IMG/VR virus record: IMGVR_UViG_3300045988_131228 | Span: 109,272 to 173,271 of that record | Reading direction: 5' to 3' (one strand) | Source: a virus | DNA: 64,000 nucleotides | Shown: positions 19,503 to 28,324 of the stretch, in pieces | Position numbering within the stretch: the stretch's first letter is position 1 | How the letters are laid out: each line of letters begins with the position of its first letter | Translations under genes and position numbers: made by a program | The notes under the pieces: generated by a model | The model's database searches: none | What the model was told of the DNA's origin: nothing | The model's input: the letters and a program-made list of their open reading frames with translations, nothing else

Positions 19503-19599
19503 TTAATGCTTTTACAAATTCCAGCTTTAACTCTCTGATTACATCTAATGGATTAATCTCAACAGGTTTTTCAATTTTACCAGTTACTTTAATGTTCAT
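19477..19599 (-). CDS. hypothetical small protein (40 aa)
   Basis: Own translation: MNIKVTGKIEKPVEINPLDVIRELKLEFVKALNVLTNKLS; SD GGAG 9 nt upstream. Confidence 0.4.
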   Translation of the reverse strand: MNIKVTGKIEKPVEINPLDVIRELKLEFVKALNVLTNKLS

Positions 19600-19614
19600 T
19601 TATTTATTCTCCAT

Positions 19615-19881
19615 CTACCAAGAAATTATCAATGTCTCACTCTTCTCTGATGTGTCAAAACATGAGACATGATAATTTTTGTCAATACATAAAATTCCAA
19701 TTAAATCATTTAATAAAGGAATTAGATGAAAGTTTTCACACACAGTATCATTAATTGAATTTTTGCCATTTGTTGAAGCTTCGATGATTTCTTTATTTAT
19801 ATTATTAAGATGTTTTTTTAATGTGTCTTCATACCTTACGGCGTTTTTCACTAATTCTCCATCTGTTTCTGCATTAATCAT
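19615..19881 (-). CDS. hypothetical phage protein (88 aa)
   Basis: ORF track. Confidence 0.55.
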   Translation of the reverse strand: MINAETDGELVKNAVRYEDTLKKHLNNINKEIIEASTNGKNSINDTVCENFHLIPLLNDLIGILCIDKNYHVSCFDTSEKSETLIISW

Positions 19882-19886
19882 AAATC

Positions 19887-20231
19887 TTATTCTCCTAATA
19901 TTTTCTTCACATCTAACACATCAATCTTCTGGTAATGATATTCATTTGGTGATTCGATATAATTTTTATTCAATTTATCATTTACATCATTTACACAAAA
20001 TACTGTGCATCTACTACCATGACCATCACTATTGAAATGAATTTCTGCGTTATCGCAAGTTTCTTTACCTGTTTCAAACCAATCTTTTCGACACTCAAAG
20101 CACTTCATAGATAATTTATATTTCTCATTCATTTTATCAACAAAATATTTTGCTGATTCTTCATCATATGTAATTCCATCTATTACTTCTCCATAAGAAT
20201 GAGTGATTAGGTATACATTGTCATTATCCAT
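19887..20231 (-). CDS. hypothetical phage protein (114 aa)
   Basis: ORF track. Confidence 0.55.
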   Translation of the reverse strand: MDNDNVYLITHSYGEVIDGITYDEESAKYFVDKMNEKYKLSMKCFECRKDWFETGKETCDNAEIHFNSDGHGSRCTVFCVNDVNDKLNKNYIESPNEYHYQKIDVLDVKKILGE

Positions 20232-20415
20232 TTTTACTTTCTCCTATTAATGATTTTGCTAATTTATCCCAATCAGAAATGTATTCTTCTTTTGATAATT
20301 CCCTTAATACTTCTCCCATTGGTAAATGTGATATACCGGATTCTCTCGCTGCTTCAATTGCTGTTTTACTGTTAGTAATTAATTCTACAAATTTTGCAAT
20401 TTTAATATCTTTCAT
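20224..20415 (-). CDS. hypothetical small protein (63 aa), possibly helix-turn-helix
   Basis: ORF track; the helix-turn-helix call is a weak impression only. Confidence 0.45.
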   Translation of the reverse strand: MKDIKIAKFVELITNSKTAIEAARESGISHLPMGEVLRELSKEEYISDWDKLAKSLIGESKNG

Positions 20416-20834
20416 AACTTATCACCATCCTTTACAAATTCAAATTCTCCATTTGTATATGAATGTAACTTCCACCCTTTTACAATTTCAAATCTATGAA
20501 CATAATTTGGATGTCCATGTTTCTTTAGCATCTTTTTATTAATTCTCTTCTTTTTATGCCATTTACATGGAATAAGTTTTGAAACTTTAATATCATATTT
20601 ATCAGGAATCTTAAATTTATCAATACTAAAAGCTTTATATATCTTTTGATAATCAGCAAGTTCAGATACATCAATGCAAAATGAACCATCATATTTATCC
20701 AATCGTGATGTATATTTTGTATTATATTCATACCTCAAATCACCATCTTGAATATTATTAATTTGCATAATCGGTTTATCACCATTCATTAAATACATTT
20801 CATTAATTTCTTTATTCAAAATTTCTTTATTCAA
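20412..20834 (-). CDS. hypothetical phage protein (140 aa, TTG start)
   Basis: ORF track; SD GGAG 8 nt before the TTG. Confidence 0.55.
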   Translation of the reverse strand: MNKEILNKEINEMYLMNGDKPIMQINNIQDGDLRYEYNTKYTSRLDKYDGSFCIDVSELADYQKIYKAFSIDKFKIPDKYDIKVSKLIPCKWHKKKRINKKMLKKHGHPNYVHRFEIVKGWKLHSYTNGEFEFVKDGDKL

Positions 20835-20878
20835 TTTTATTTCTCCTATGAAATTCAGAATTTATTTACTCTTATCTT

Positions 20879-21076
20879 TTAATTCTCCTTATGATATTCT
20901 TTATCTAACCAATGAATACAATTTTCAATCGCAGCATCATAATTTTCAAAAATGTATCCACTTGGACTATACCAATAAGCAATTTCACCAACATAAATCT
21001 TTTTTACTAAATATGGTGAAAGTTCTTCAAGTGACATTGCTCTAAATCTATCTATATTCCTCATAATCCACCTCAC
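20879..21076 (-). CDS. hypothetical phage protein (65 aa)
   Basis: ORF track. Confidence 0.5.
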   Translation of the reverse strand: MRWIMRNIDRFRAMSLEELSPYLVKKIYVGEIAYWYSPSGYIFENYDAAIENCIHWLDKEYHKEN

Positions 21077-21861
21077 ATATTAGTTTCTATACCATGCCAT
21101 TTCTTATGTCTCTCCCAGTCTCGCCATTCGAGATTACCAAAATGGATTCTTAATTCTATATTCTCTATATCGTCCTGTGATAATATCCAATCACGATACT
21201 GTCTTACTTCACTATCCGTCAAATCATAAATGTTCTTATAATAACCTAACACCTTGTCAATCTGTTCAATAGACCAATCATAATCAGATAAAGCAGCTTG
21301 ACGTTTATATTCCGCAATATGTTCATCTACTTCGTTCTGTGCTTCATCATATGTGCGATATACTTTTGAGCAGGTTACAGTTGTATGATTTGGAGTCCTA
21401 TTGATTCCCCAATCTTGCGGATACCCCTTATGTATTCTCCAACCATCTTTTGTGATTTCTGATTCAATAGATCCATGAAAAATATTAGAACGTTTCACTA
21501 GGAATCCTTTATCATATGCTTCTTTTAATGTTTCTGGTTTATTGATATCCAGTTTGAAATTAATTTCTTCATCGGTTAAATCATCACTTTTAATTTCAAA
21601 TAGCTTCGTATCATAACTCCAATTCTTAGGAAGCTTGTGAAATCTCTGTTCTGTTTCAAACTCGTCAATTGGAACGCCTTTTACATAATCAGAATAGATT
21701 CTTCTACGTTCTCTTGGTGCAAGATAATCAATATAAACATCAAATTTATACTGCTCATCTACCATTCCATAATGAACTGAATACTTATGTCCATACTGAT
21801 GACACCAAAATACAATTTCGCCACTTTCAAATCTCTTATCCTTTGGTGGTATATTTGCCAT
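21073..21861 (-). CDS. hypothetical phage protein (262 aa)
   Basis: ORF track; SD AAAGGGGA upstream. Confidence 0.6.
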   Translation of the reverse strand: MANIPPKDKRFESGEIVFWCHQYGHKYSVHYGMVDEQYKFDVYIDYLAPRERRRIYSDYVKGVPIDEFETEQRFHKLPKNWSYDTKLFEIKSDDLTDEEINFKLDINKPETLKEAYDKGFLVKRSNIFHGSIESEITKDGWRIHKGYPQDWGINRTPNHTTVTCSKVYRTYDEAQNEVDEHIAEYKRQAALSDYDWSIEQIDKVLGYYKNIYDLTDSEVRQYRDWILSQDDIENIELRIHFGNLEWRDWERHKKWHGIETNM

Positions 21862-21891
21862 AATTATTCCCCTTTCCTATTTATTTTTGAA

Positions 21892-21958
21892 TGTGTAGGT
21901 AAGGAATTGAACCCTACCATTCTATATTTCTTCATATAGAATCACACCATGTCTACAC
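21892..21958 (-). other. tRNA-like structured element (acceptor-like stem, 8-bp hairpin, T-arm-like hairpin); not a canonical tRNA
   Basis: Minus strand: GTGTAGA-CATGGTGTGA-TTCTATAT GAAGAA ATATAGAA-TG-GTAGGG TTCAATT CCTTAC-CTACAC-A. T-loop-like TTCAATT; no D arm; 6-nt loop. Confidence 0.4.
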
Positions 21959-21961
21959 TAT

Positions 21962-22720
21962 TTATTTCTCTGTTGCATCGACAACTGCATTCATACTATT
22001 ATCATATGAATATTCTCCAAAATATTTTTGTTCTGCTGCTTTTCTTATTTTAATTGCGTTATTAACATCCGAAAATAATCCCAAGTGTATTTTTTGTTTA
22101 TCAACCTTTATTTCCGCAACCCATTTATTTCGTAAATTGTGATACCATACACCAGTTATTCCTGATGAATTATGCTTTTTTAATTTTGTATTCATAACAT
22201 TTTGTTCTTGAGTACATTTTCTAAGAACGGCTTTTCTATTATCTAAAAGATTATGTTTTATATGATCTGCAACTTCGTTTGTATCTGTCACATTCATAAT
22301 ACATCTATGCAAATATAAGATTTTATTACCTTTTAAACGGGTAAACACATATCCATTATTACTTTTCAACCAACAATAATTTTTAATTTTATCATAATCT
22401 TCTAAATCAAAATAAAATTCTTCATTAGTATTGGAAGTCCATCCTATGCCATATTCACCAGAAAGATCATACTGATTATATTTTTTATGAATTTTACTCC
22501 TAACCTCTTTCGCTAAACATCCACATGATTTAGTAGAACCGTTTTTTAAATTTTCTCCTATTACAACAATCATCGTTTGATTTTCACAATTACATTGACA
22601 CAACCACTGGACTCGTTTTCTTCCATTTTCTTGAACTTTATCTTCTACTCTTTTAATTACAGTTAAACGACCAAATTGTTGTCCAGTTAAATCTCTAAGT
22701 TTTGATATATTTATCACCAC
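21962..22720 (-). CDS. HNH homing endonuclease with AP2 DNA-binding domain
   Basis: HNH_3-type ADHIKHNLLDNRK..QEQN and AP2 (SGITGVWY..KWVAEIKVDKQKIHLGLF). Confidence 0.85.
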   Translation of the reverse strand: MVINISKLRDLTGQQFGRLTVIKRVEDKVQENGRKRVQWLCQCNCENQTMIVVIGENLKNGSTKSCGCLAKEVRSKIHKKYNQYDLSGEYGIGWTSNTNEEFYFDLEDYDKIKNYCWLKSNNGYVFTRLKGNKILYLHRCIMNVTDTNEVADHIKHNLLDNRKAVLRKCTQEQNVMNTKLKKHNSSGITGVWYHNLRNKWVAEIKVDKQKIHLGLFSDVNNAIKIRKAAEQKYFGEYSYDNSMNAVVDATEK

Positions 22721-22736
22721 CTTTCCAACATGTACA

Positions 22737-23039
22737 TCACTTATTCATTGTCAAAATCTTCTCAAAAATATCATAAGTCGCTACAAATTTTGAAGCCAAT
22801 ACATCTGGTGATTCTATTGATTCTATTCTCTTTAATGTATTCCTCATTCTGTATGCAAGTTCTTTTATATTATTCAATAAGCGTTCCATTTCAGAAATAT
22901 CTCTTGTAACTAACGCTCCAATAAAAGCATTTTGTAACAACATCATATCTTCATTTAATACATTCAGATTGTAATTTGTAAGTAGTTCACAATTGTCCAA
23001 CTTTTTCGCAAGAATTTGAAAATCTTCGTTTATACTCAT
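22737..23039 (-). CDS. hypothetical phage protein (100 aa)
   Basis: ORF track. Confidence 0.55.
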   Translation of the reverse strand: MSINEDFQILAKKLDNCELLTNYNLNVLNEDMMLLQNAFIGALVTRDISEMERLLNNIKELAYRMRNTLKRIESIESPDVLASKFVATYDIFEKILTMNK

Positions 23040-23071
23040 AATGTTCTCACTTTCTCTATGAAATCAGAGTT

Positions 23072-23620
23072 TTAATTAGTCCTATAATCTTCTTTCTCAA
23101 ACTCAATTTCACCTGATTCATAATCTTTTGACACTATAACATAGTATTCTTTATCTTCATCGAATTTGTACATATGTACCATACTGTTACCAGAACCCAT
23201 AAAATAGGAATATTCTTCTGGGTTTTCTCTAAAATATTCAATTCCTTGCTGAATCCATTTATTAATTTCTTCATCTGAAATTTCAATAGCTTTAAACTCT
23301 TTGCTTGATACAGTAAAATGAGTCGGATATTTTACATTTGACGCACAAATATCAATAGCATCATCTTCAAATTCTTCAACATCCATCTCATAATTGCAAC
23401 ATGGACAGGTTACATATGGCAATCCTAGATATCCTATATGAGTATCTTCTCTTGATACTTCAAGAATAGATCCGCAATTTCCACATTTTATTTTTACTTT
23501 TTCTACTCTGAGTTTAGTTTGCTCTGGTAGTTGATGCGGATTCCTGGGTTGATTTTTATAATTATTTTGAATTACTTTCATTGTTTTCCTCCATTTACTC
23601 CATAACCTAAAATAAAACAA
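23072..23620 (-). CDS. zinc-ribbon protein; probable true start ATG 23581 (169 aa)
   Basis: ORF track; CGNCGS..CPCC; GGAGG 6 nt before the internal ATG, which overlaps the upstream stop (ATGA). Confidence 0.55.
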   Translation of the reverse strand: MFYFRLWSKWRKTMKVIQNNYKNQPRNPHQLPEQTKLRVEKVKIKCGNCGSILEVSREDTHIGYLGLPYVTCPCCNYEMDVEEFEDDAIDICASNVKYPTHFTVSSKEFKAIEISDEEINKWIQQGIEYFRENPEEYSYFMGSGNSMVHMYKFDEDKEYYVIVSKDYESGEIEFEKEDYRTN

Positions 23621-24195
23621 TCATCAATTAATCTCTCATTAATGTATTTTCCGCAAGACAATCGAAATAATTGATCTCCATATGGCTCTTTAACAGGATA
23701 TATCTCATGATACCATCCATTAATTTTGTTTCTGATAATAATATCAGGATAATCTTGTAAATACATTCGTCCAATCCATTCTGGTAAACAACTATTCCAA
23801 GGATATACCGTTACAAATTTAATTTTTGCTTCGTTAAGCCATTGTCTGATTCTAATGTCGCTATCCACAAAAACAACGTCTACTTTACCTATATTCTCTT
23901 TTATATATTGAATAAAATTATTTGGGAAATTTGGATTATCAACACTAATAATTTGTTGTTTGAATTGATTTAGATGTGCTTCTGTAGACATAAGATGCAG
24001 GCTTGATTCCCACCATTGACGTTCTTTTTCAATTTCTTCTTCATTTGGTAATCGCTTTATTGTCTTAAAATCATAAATATTTACATCCAATATATTATAA
24101 TCTTTGATGTGTTCACTTGCATATGTTTTACCGCAACAAGTATAAGCACTAATAATTAACGTATTCTTCATACTGATTCTCCTATATAAACCCAT
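23578..24195 (-). CDS. P-loop NTPase/kinase-like protein
   Basis: Walker-A-like SAYTCCGKTY close to the probable start (MKNTLIIS..). Confidence 0.45.
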   Translation of the reverse strand: MGLYRRISMKNTLIISAYTCCGKTYASEHIKDYNILDVNIYDFKTIKRLPNEEEIEKERQWWESSLHLMSTEAHLNQFKQQIISVDNPNFPNNFIQYIKENIGKVDVVFVDSDIRIRQWLNEAKIKFVTVYPWNSCLPEWIGRMYLQDYPDIIIRNKINGWYHEIYPVKEPYGDQLFRLSCGKYINERLIDDCFILGYGVNGGKQ

Positions 24196-24767
24196 TTTAA
24201 TTTCTCATGAATATTTATATTATCAATCGGAAAATAAATCACACATGGGTATTTGTCTGGTATATTAGCAAATTCTCCACCACGATCATAATATTCTCTA
24301 ATTGTTTCTAAAACTTCTCCTGTATCATCATCTACATTTGGGCTAAATCCGAAATATTTTTCGCAATATTCAGGATTACCAAAATATTGTTGAACCATTT
24401 CTATGAAGTTAATCATTTCATTTTTATCATGAATGATATTGAGATATTCTATTGGATTATATGCGTCACAATTAGCAACATAATGTGTGGGAAATGTGAT
24501 ATTCGATTGAATATTTTCAAGATTTGTTCTCATAGAGCATATGTTGAACGGATGATTTAATTCACAATATTTGCATTTATAGCAGTCATGTTCAAATTCA
24601 TTATGATTATGTACACCTGTGTCTACAAACTTGACACAACTATCATTATAACCAGGAATACAACGATGATCTAATCTAAATGAACCATCATCATTTCTAA
24701 TTATATCTTTATATTTGTTAAGCAGGAATTTTATATTCTGCTTTTCAGTTGATGTTGGATATATCAT
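24168..24767 (-). CDS. Cys/His-rich hypothetical protein (199 aa)
   Basis: ORF track. Confidence 0.55.
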   Translation of the reverse strand: MIYPTSTEKQNIKFLLNKYKDIIRNDDGSFRLDHRCIPGYNDSCVKFVDTGVHNHNEFEHDCYKCKYCELNHPFNICSMRTNLENIQSNITFPTHYVANCDAYNPIEYLNIIHDKNEMINFIEMVQQYFGNPEYCEKYFGFSPNVDDDTGEVLETIREYYDRGGEFANIPDKYPCVIYFPIDNINIHEKLKWVYIGESV

Positions 24768-24803
24768 ATATTATGGCTTTTCTCCTTTCATGAAATGAAA
24801 ATT

Positions 24804-25136
24804 TCAGACTAATTTACGTTCTCTTAATTCTGTCCATTTCTTAAAATCATCAATTGTAAATTCTTCTGACTTAATATCATCACGTAATAATACAGTATAA
24901 TGAGGTACATCTTCGTTTAAATTCTGGTCAAGGAAGTCATTAATCACAGCAAATGAATTATAAATGCCTAATTTATATGCTTTCTTCTCAGATTCAGTCA
25001 TACCAGTACAAACATTTACCTCTGTATCTCCTAATACTTTCTTATATGTATTAATACTTTCTACTATCATCATGACTTCATTTTCTTTTGTATTTGTCCT
25101 ATTCGATTTCATGTAATGTATCCTCCAACTTCTCAA
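24804..25136 (-). CDS. hypothetical protein; probable start ATG 25112
   Basis: ORF track; GGAGG 9 nt before the internal ATG. Confidence 0.5.
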   Translation of the reverse strand: MRSWRIHYMKSNRTNTKENEVMMIVESINTYKKVLGDTEVNVCTGMTESEKKAYKLGIYNSFAVINDFLDQNLNEDVPHYTVLLRDDIKSEEFTIDDFKKWTELRERKLV

Positions 25137-25374
25137 TTTCTTCTCTCAACTCATCATTCTGCAAATCAAGAGCATTATTTTCATTTTGCAAATCTTCGTT
25201 TTCTTTTTCTAAATCATAAACTTTATCTAACAATTCCTGATATTCTTCATCGCTATGTATCGGTGTTAGCTTCTCAATCTCATCCGCCAAATCCGAATTG
25301 TAATAACTTCTTACAAGACAAGCAGCATCTTGAAGATTATTAACTTCTTCCCAATTACCTTCAATCAGAATCAT
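25099..25374 (-). CDS. acidic coiled-coil protein (91 aa)
   Basis: ORF track. Confidence 0.5.
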   Translation of the reverse strand: MILIEGNWEEVNNLQDAACLVRSYYNSDLADEIEKLTPIHSDEEYQELLDKVYDLEKENEDLQNENNALDLQNDELREEIEKLEDTLHEIE

Positions 25375-25613
25375 TTCATTTCTCCTTTAGATGACATATA
25401 AATAAACTGATTTTTAAATTCTTTGACCTCATCGGATGTTTTAAAAAATGGCTGTAAAATTTCATTTATTTCCTCTTCATGTTCAATACACCAATTGTCA
25501 AATGAATCATCTATAATTTTTAATTCTGCTCGTTGACCTCTCATACACCATTCACTCCACAATATCACATCGTTCAAATTCAATTGAATATTTTGGAATG
25601 TAATTGATACCAT
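25371..25613 (-). CDS. hypothetical protein (probably starts at the internal ATG just after the upstream stop)
   Basis: ORF track. Confidence 0.5.
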   Translation of the reverse strand: MVSITFQNIQLNLNDVILWSEWCMRGQRAELKIIDDSFDNWCIEHEEEINEILQPFFKTSDEVKEFKNQFIYMSSKGEMK

Positions 25614-25923
25614 AAGATTTCATATAATCTTCAATAGCATGTACACAATTTCTTCCAAACTTTTCTGCATTATTTCCATCCATAATTGCATGATATAGTA
25701 ATTCTTCATAGTTTCTAATATGTTTATAATTTTTGTAACTATAATCAGGGACTAAAGTAAAACTTCTTTTTTCTGGTGGAATCCACATTTGAAACCCCTC
25801 TATATGTTGGAACGTAGGTTTCCCATTAATCGTAAATTCATTTTTTTCGTTCATAAAATATTTTGTCTGAGAATTACCATAAAAACATAAAGATACTTTA
25901 ATCCCACGTTTTATATAATTCAT
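25552..25923 (-). CDS. hypothetical phage protein (123 aa)
   Basis: ORF track. Confidence 0.55.
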   Translation of the reverse strand: MNYIKRGIKVSLCFYGNSQTKYFMNEKNEFTINGKPTFQHIEGFQMWIPPEKRSFTLVPDYSYKNYKHIRNYEELLYHAIMDGNNAEKFGRNCVHAIEDYMKSYGINYIPKYSIEFERCDIVE

Positions 25924-25926
25924 ATA

Positions 25927-26100
25927 TCACTTCTCCATTTCATTAAGCAATTTCTCACAACGTTTAATATGGTATCTTAGTTTTCTATTTCTTTCGCTAT
26001 CTGTACGACCGTGACTACAACATTGATTAAATCCAAGAATATCTTCTGCTAATTCCTTTGAATATTCTACAAATTGCTTTGTAACTTTAACATTATTCAT
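25927..26100 (-). CDS. hypothetical small protein (57 aa)
   Basis: Own translation: MNNVKVTKQFVEYSKELAEDILGFNQCCSHGRTDSERNRKLRYHIKRCEKLLNEMEK; SD GAGGTG 8 nt upstream. Confidence 0.5.
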   Translation of the reverse strand: MNNVKVTKQFVEYSKELAEDILGFNQCCSHGRTDSERNRKLRYHIKRCEKLLNEMEK

Positions 26101-26198
26101 TCATTTATCACCTCATATGTGTCTTTTAAGGCATATTTTGGTCAAAAATACACCTCAAAAGACGTAATTTTTATGATGAAAGGGAACTTTCATCTGAT

Positions 26199-26423
26199 CT
26201 AAATTTCTCCCTTTACTCCACAATTATCAGCAATAGTCCAATCATCACATGCCATATTTTCAATAGTATATGTAATATCCTCTGAATCTCTGATATTGAT
26301 AACTCTACCATCATGACAATACATCATGACTTCATTACCATCCAGTTCCCACCAACCTGTCCAATGTTTCCTCTTGATCTTATGCCCTCTTTTAAGTGAA
26401 AATAATGCGCTTGCAAAATTCAT
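26199..26423 (-). CDS. DUF2829-family protein (family of the Thoeris anti-defence protein Tad2)
   Basis: N-terminus MNFASALFSLKRGHKIKRKHWTGW matches the F..AL..LK.G.K..R..W signature I associate with DUF2829. Confidence 0.5.
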   Translation of the reverse strand: MNFASALFSLKRGHKIKRKHWTGWWELDGNEVMMYCHDGRVINIRDSEDITYTIENMACDDWTIADNCGVKGEI

Positions 26424-26426
26424 AGT

Positions 26427-26681
26427 TTACCTCCCAATTTTTGCTAAAAGTTTTAACAATAGTTTCTGATACCAGTACAAATGTAAATCATGTCCCATCA
26501 GCTCAAGAAACTCTTCTGGATGCTTCTGATAATATAAAATTCGATTCTTGTCTATTTCTTTACTACTAGGTTGTGTTGTAGTTTCCCATTCTTCAAATTT
26601 AATTCTTGTTGGATAACTACGTTTACTATCTTTTGATTCTATATTCTCTAATTTACTTCCATTTTTGAATTTAATTTCTAT
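26427..26681 (-). CDS. hypothetical protein (84 aa) with apparent ATA start codon
   Basis: Own translation: (I)EIKFKNGSKLENIESKDSKRSYPTRIKFEEWETTTQPSSKEIDKNRILYYQKHPEEFLELMGHDLHLYWYQKLLLKLLAKIGR. SD GAGGTG (26694..26689) lies 7 nt before ATA 26681..26679. In-frame TGA at 26690..26688. The only in-frame ATG is 19 codons from the end. Confidence 0.5.
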   Translation of the reverse strand: MEIKFKNGSKLENIESKDSKRSYPTRIKFEEWETTTQPSSKEIDKNRILYYQKHPEEFLELMGHDLHLYWYQKLLLKLLAKIGR

Positions 26682-26693
26682 CGTAAATCACCT

Positions 26694-27095
26694 CTAAATC
26701 TTTTCTAAACATACGGCGCAATCAACTTTTTGTGAAATTCCATTGAACGCTAATTTATCATTTACTTTATTAATATACCAAGCATAAGGGCTAATACCTT
26801 CGTTCATTTTTTCTGCTAATTTATCTGCTTTTTCCTGGTGCTCATATGCTATATTGCCATATTTAAGTTTCTCTGAATCCCATACAGTATTCCCTATCTT
26901 TGTTTTAAATGTTAAATATGATTCATACTCTTTAATATATTCTCTAACTACCGAAAGCATTTTAGGGATATTTTCTTCTAGCACAGAATCTCCAATGAAC
27001 TCTTTCGGATATAAGATTACAATTTTATCATCCCATGGACAATCAACACTTAACACTGGTTGTATGCAATAATTATTATCATCAAATAATCTCAT
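26694..27095 (-). CDS. hypothetical phage protein (133 aa)
   Basis: ORF track. Confidence 0.55.
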   Translation of the reverse strand: MRLFDDNNYCIQPVLSVDCPWDDKIVILYPKEFIGDSVLEENIPKMLSVVREYIKEYESYLTFKTKIGNTVWDSEKLKYGNIAYEHQEKADKLAEKMNEGISPYAWYINKVNDKLAFNGISQKVDCAVCLEKI

Positions 27096-27108
27096 TATTT
27101 ATTCCTTT

Positions 27109-27378
27109 TTATTCATCTACTATTTCAAACTCTTCTTTAAATTGTGTATCTGTATATCTCGTCCGTGTTCCTTCGTCCCAGTCAAAAACATACCAATCAT
27201 TATAAAAATAATAATGTATTCCATAACCTAATTTTTCAATTGCACAACGTATATCATCATCATATTTAATAAAAATATTTTTTCCATTAAGACAAGGTTC
27301 TAACGTCCGTAAAATTTCATCTCTATTTTCTTTTGTAAACTGCACACACTCAAATTGTTCTTTTCTTACACATTTCAT
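27109..27378 (-). CDS. hypothetical phage protein (89 aa)
   Basis: ORF track. Confidence 0.55.
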   Translation of the reverse strand: MKCVRKEQFECVQFTKENRDEILRTLEPCLNGKNIFIKYDDDIRCAIEKLGYGIHYYFYNDWYVFDWDEGTRTRYTDTQFKEEFEIVDE

Positions 27379-27516
27379 TGTTATCCCTTTCTTTCTCCTT
27401 CATCTGTTTGCAAAATTCTCTATATCTTCTTGTATATTCATAAGATTCTCCAAATATATTATTCACACCTTGAAAAAATAATTTCATCTTTAATTTTTGC
27501 CTATTTTCATGCCATT

Positions 27517-27759
27517 TTAGAGCATTTCTGGATGTTCATTAAACATTTTTAAGAACTTCTTCTCATCATCTTTGTCTGTACACCACAATTCTAATTCTTC
27601 CCCATGATCTCCTACCAGAGCTGCGACTGCTACATATTGCGTTAGTGCAGATTTGAGATTATATTTATCACCATATACAGATGTTAATGTTACTTCTCCT
27701 TTGCATCCGTTTACTACTTCTAAAAATGTTTCTACGTTTTTAATGTTTTTGATTTTCAT
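27517..27759 (-). CDS. hypothetical protein, possible second HPr-like paralogue
   Basis: YNLKSALTQ and C-terminal ..DDEKKF loosely parallel TIDAKSIMG and ..DDEKLCNQF of 3617..3859; weak. Confidence 0.3.
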   Translation of the reverse strand: MKIKNIKNVETFLEVVNGCKGEVTLTSVYGDKYNLKSALTQYVAVAALVGDHGEELELWCTDKDDEKKFLKMFNEHPEML

Positions 27760-27763
27760 TTAT

Positions 27764-28324
27764 TTATCCTCTTCTTTCTTTAATAGATTTCAATGGTCTA
27801 TCATATTCGTGCAATTGTTCTATAATTAAATCTTTTGGTAATAAATCTTTACAAAAATATGCTGTTGCAAACGGGCTTCCTTTAACCACTGAGTTCATGT
27901 GTTTTTTATCATGATAACAAACTCTTGAATCAAAGCTTAAAATTTGTATACCTTGTTTAAAATATTGGAATCTACTTTTACCCTGTAAGGAATTTAGCGG
28001 AAGAAGTACCGCAAAAGGTTTGTAAAATGAATATAGTCTATTCAAGACTTTATCTTTTATAGAAAATGGTGGGTTAGATACGATAATATCCCACTGATCA
28101 GGCTCATATTCAAAGAAATTTTGATTATCTTTTAATGAGCTTCTAATTACTGTATATCCACATTCTTTTAAACGAATGTAAAATGCAGACCATTCTTCAT
28201 CAAACGGACACCAAATGACTTTATCCTTCGGTAAATATTTCATAATGTGATCTACTATATAAAAAGGTGAATAAAGTTCATTATTTTCTTTATCTGATGT
28301 TAAATAACCAATATTTAATGCCAT
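27764..28324 (-). CDS. N6-adenine DNA methyltransferase (NPPF motif)
   Basis: Catalytic motif IV IIVSNPPFS; 186 aa. Confidence 0.65.
   Translation of the reverse strand: MALNIGYLTSDKENNELYSPFYIVDHIMKYLPKDKVIWCPFDEEWSAFYIRLKECGYTVIRSSLKDNQNFFEYEPDQWDIIVSNPPFSIKDKVLNRLYSFYKPFAVLLPLNSLQGKSRFQYFKQGIQILSFDSRVCYHDKKHMNSVVKGSPFATAYFCKDLLPKDLIIEQLHEYDRPLKSIKERRG

Noticed and set aside
21892-21958. Calling this element a genuine second tRNA gene.
   Set aside because: No D arm, an 8-bp stem with a 6-nt loop instead of a 5-bp/7-nt anticodon arm, and a mismatch at the base of the acceptor stem.
26679-26696. Stop-codon reassignment (TAG or TGA read as sense) as the explanation for genes lacking canonical starts.
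   Set aside because: All large conserved genes (DnaE, ligase, primase-helicase, RNR) are intact under the standard code and end at normal stops. The junction would require reading through two different stop codons. SD-spaced ATA/ATT starts explain all the cases.
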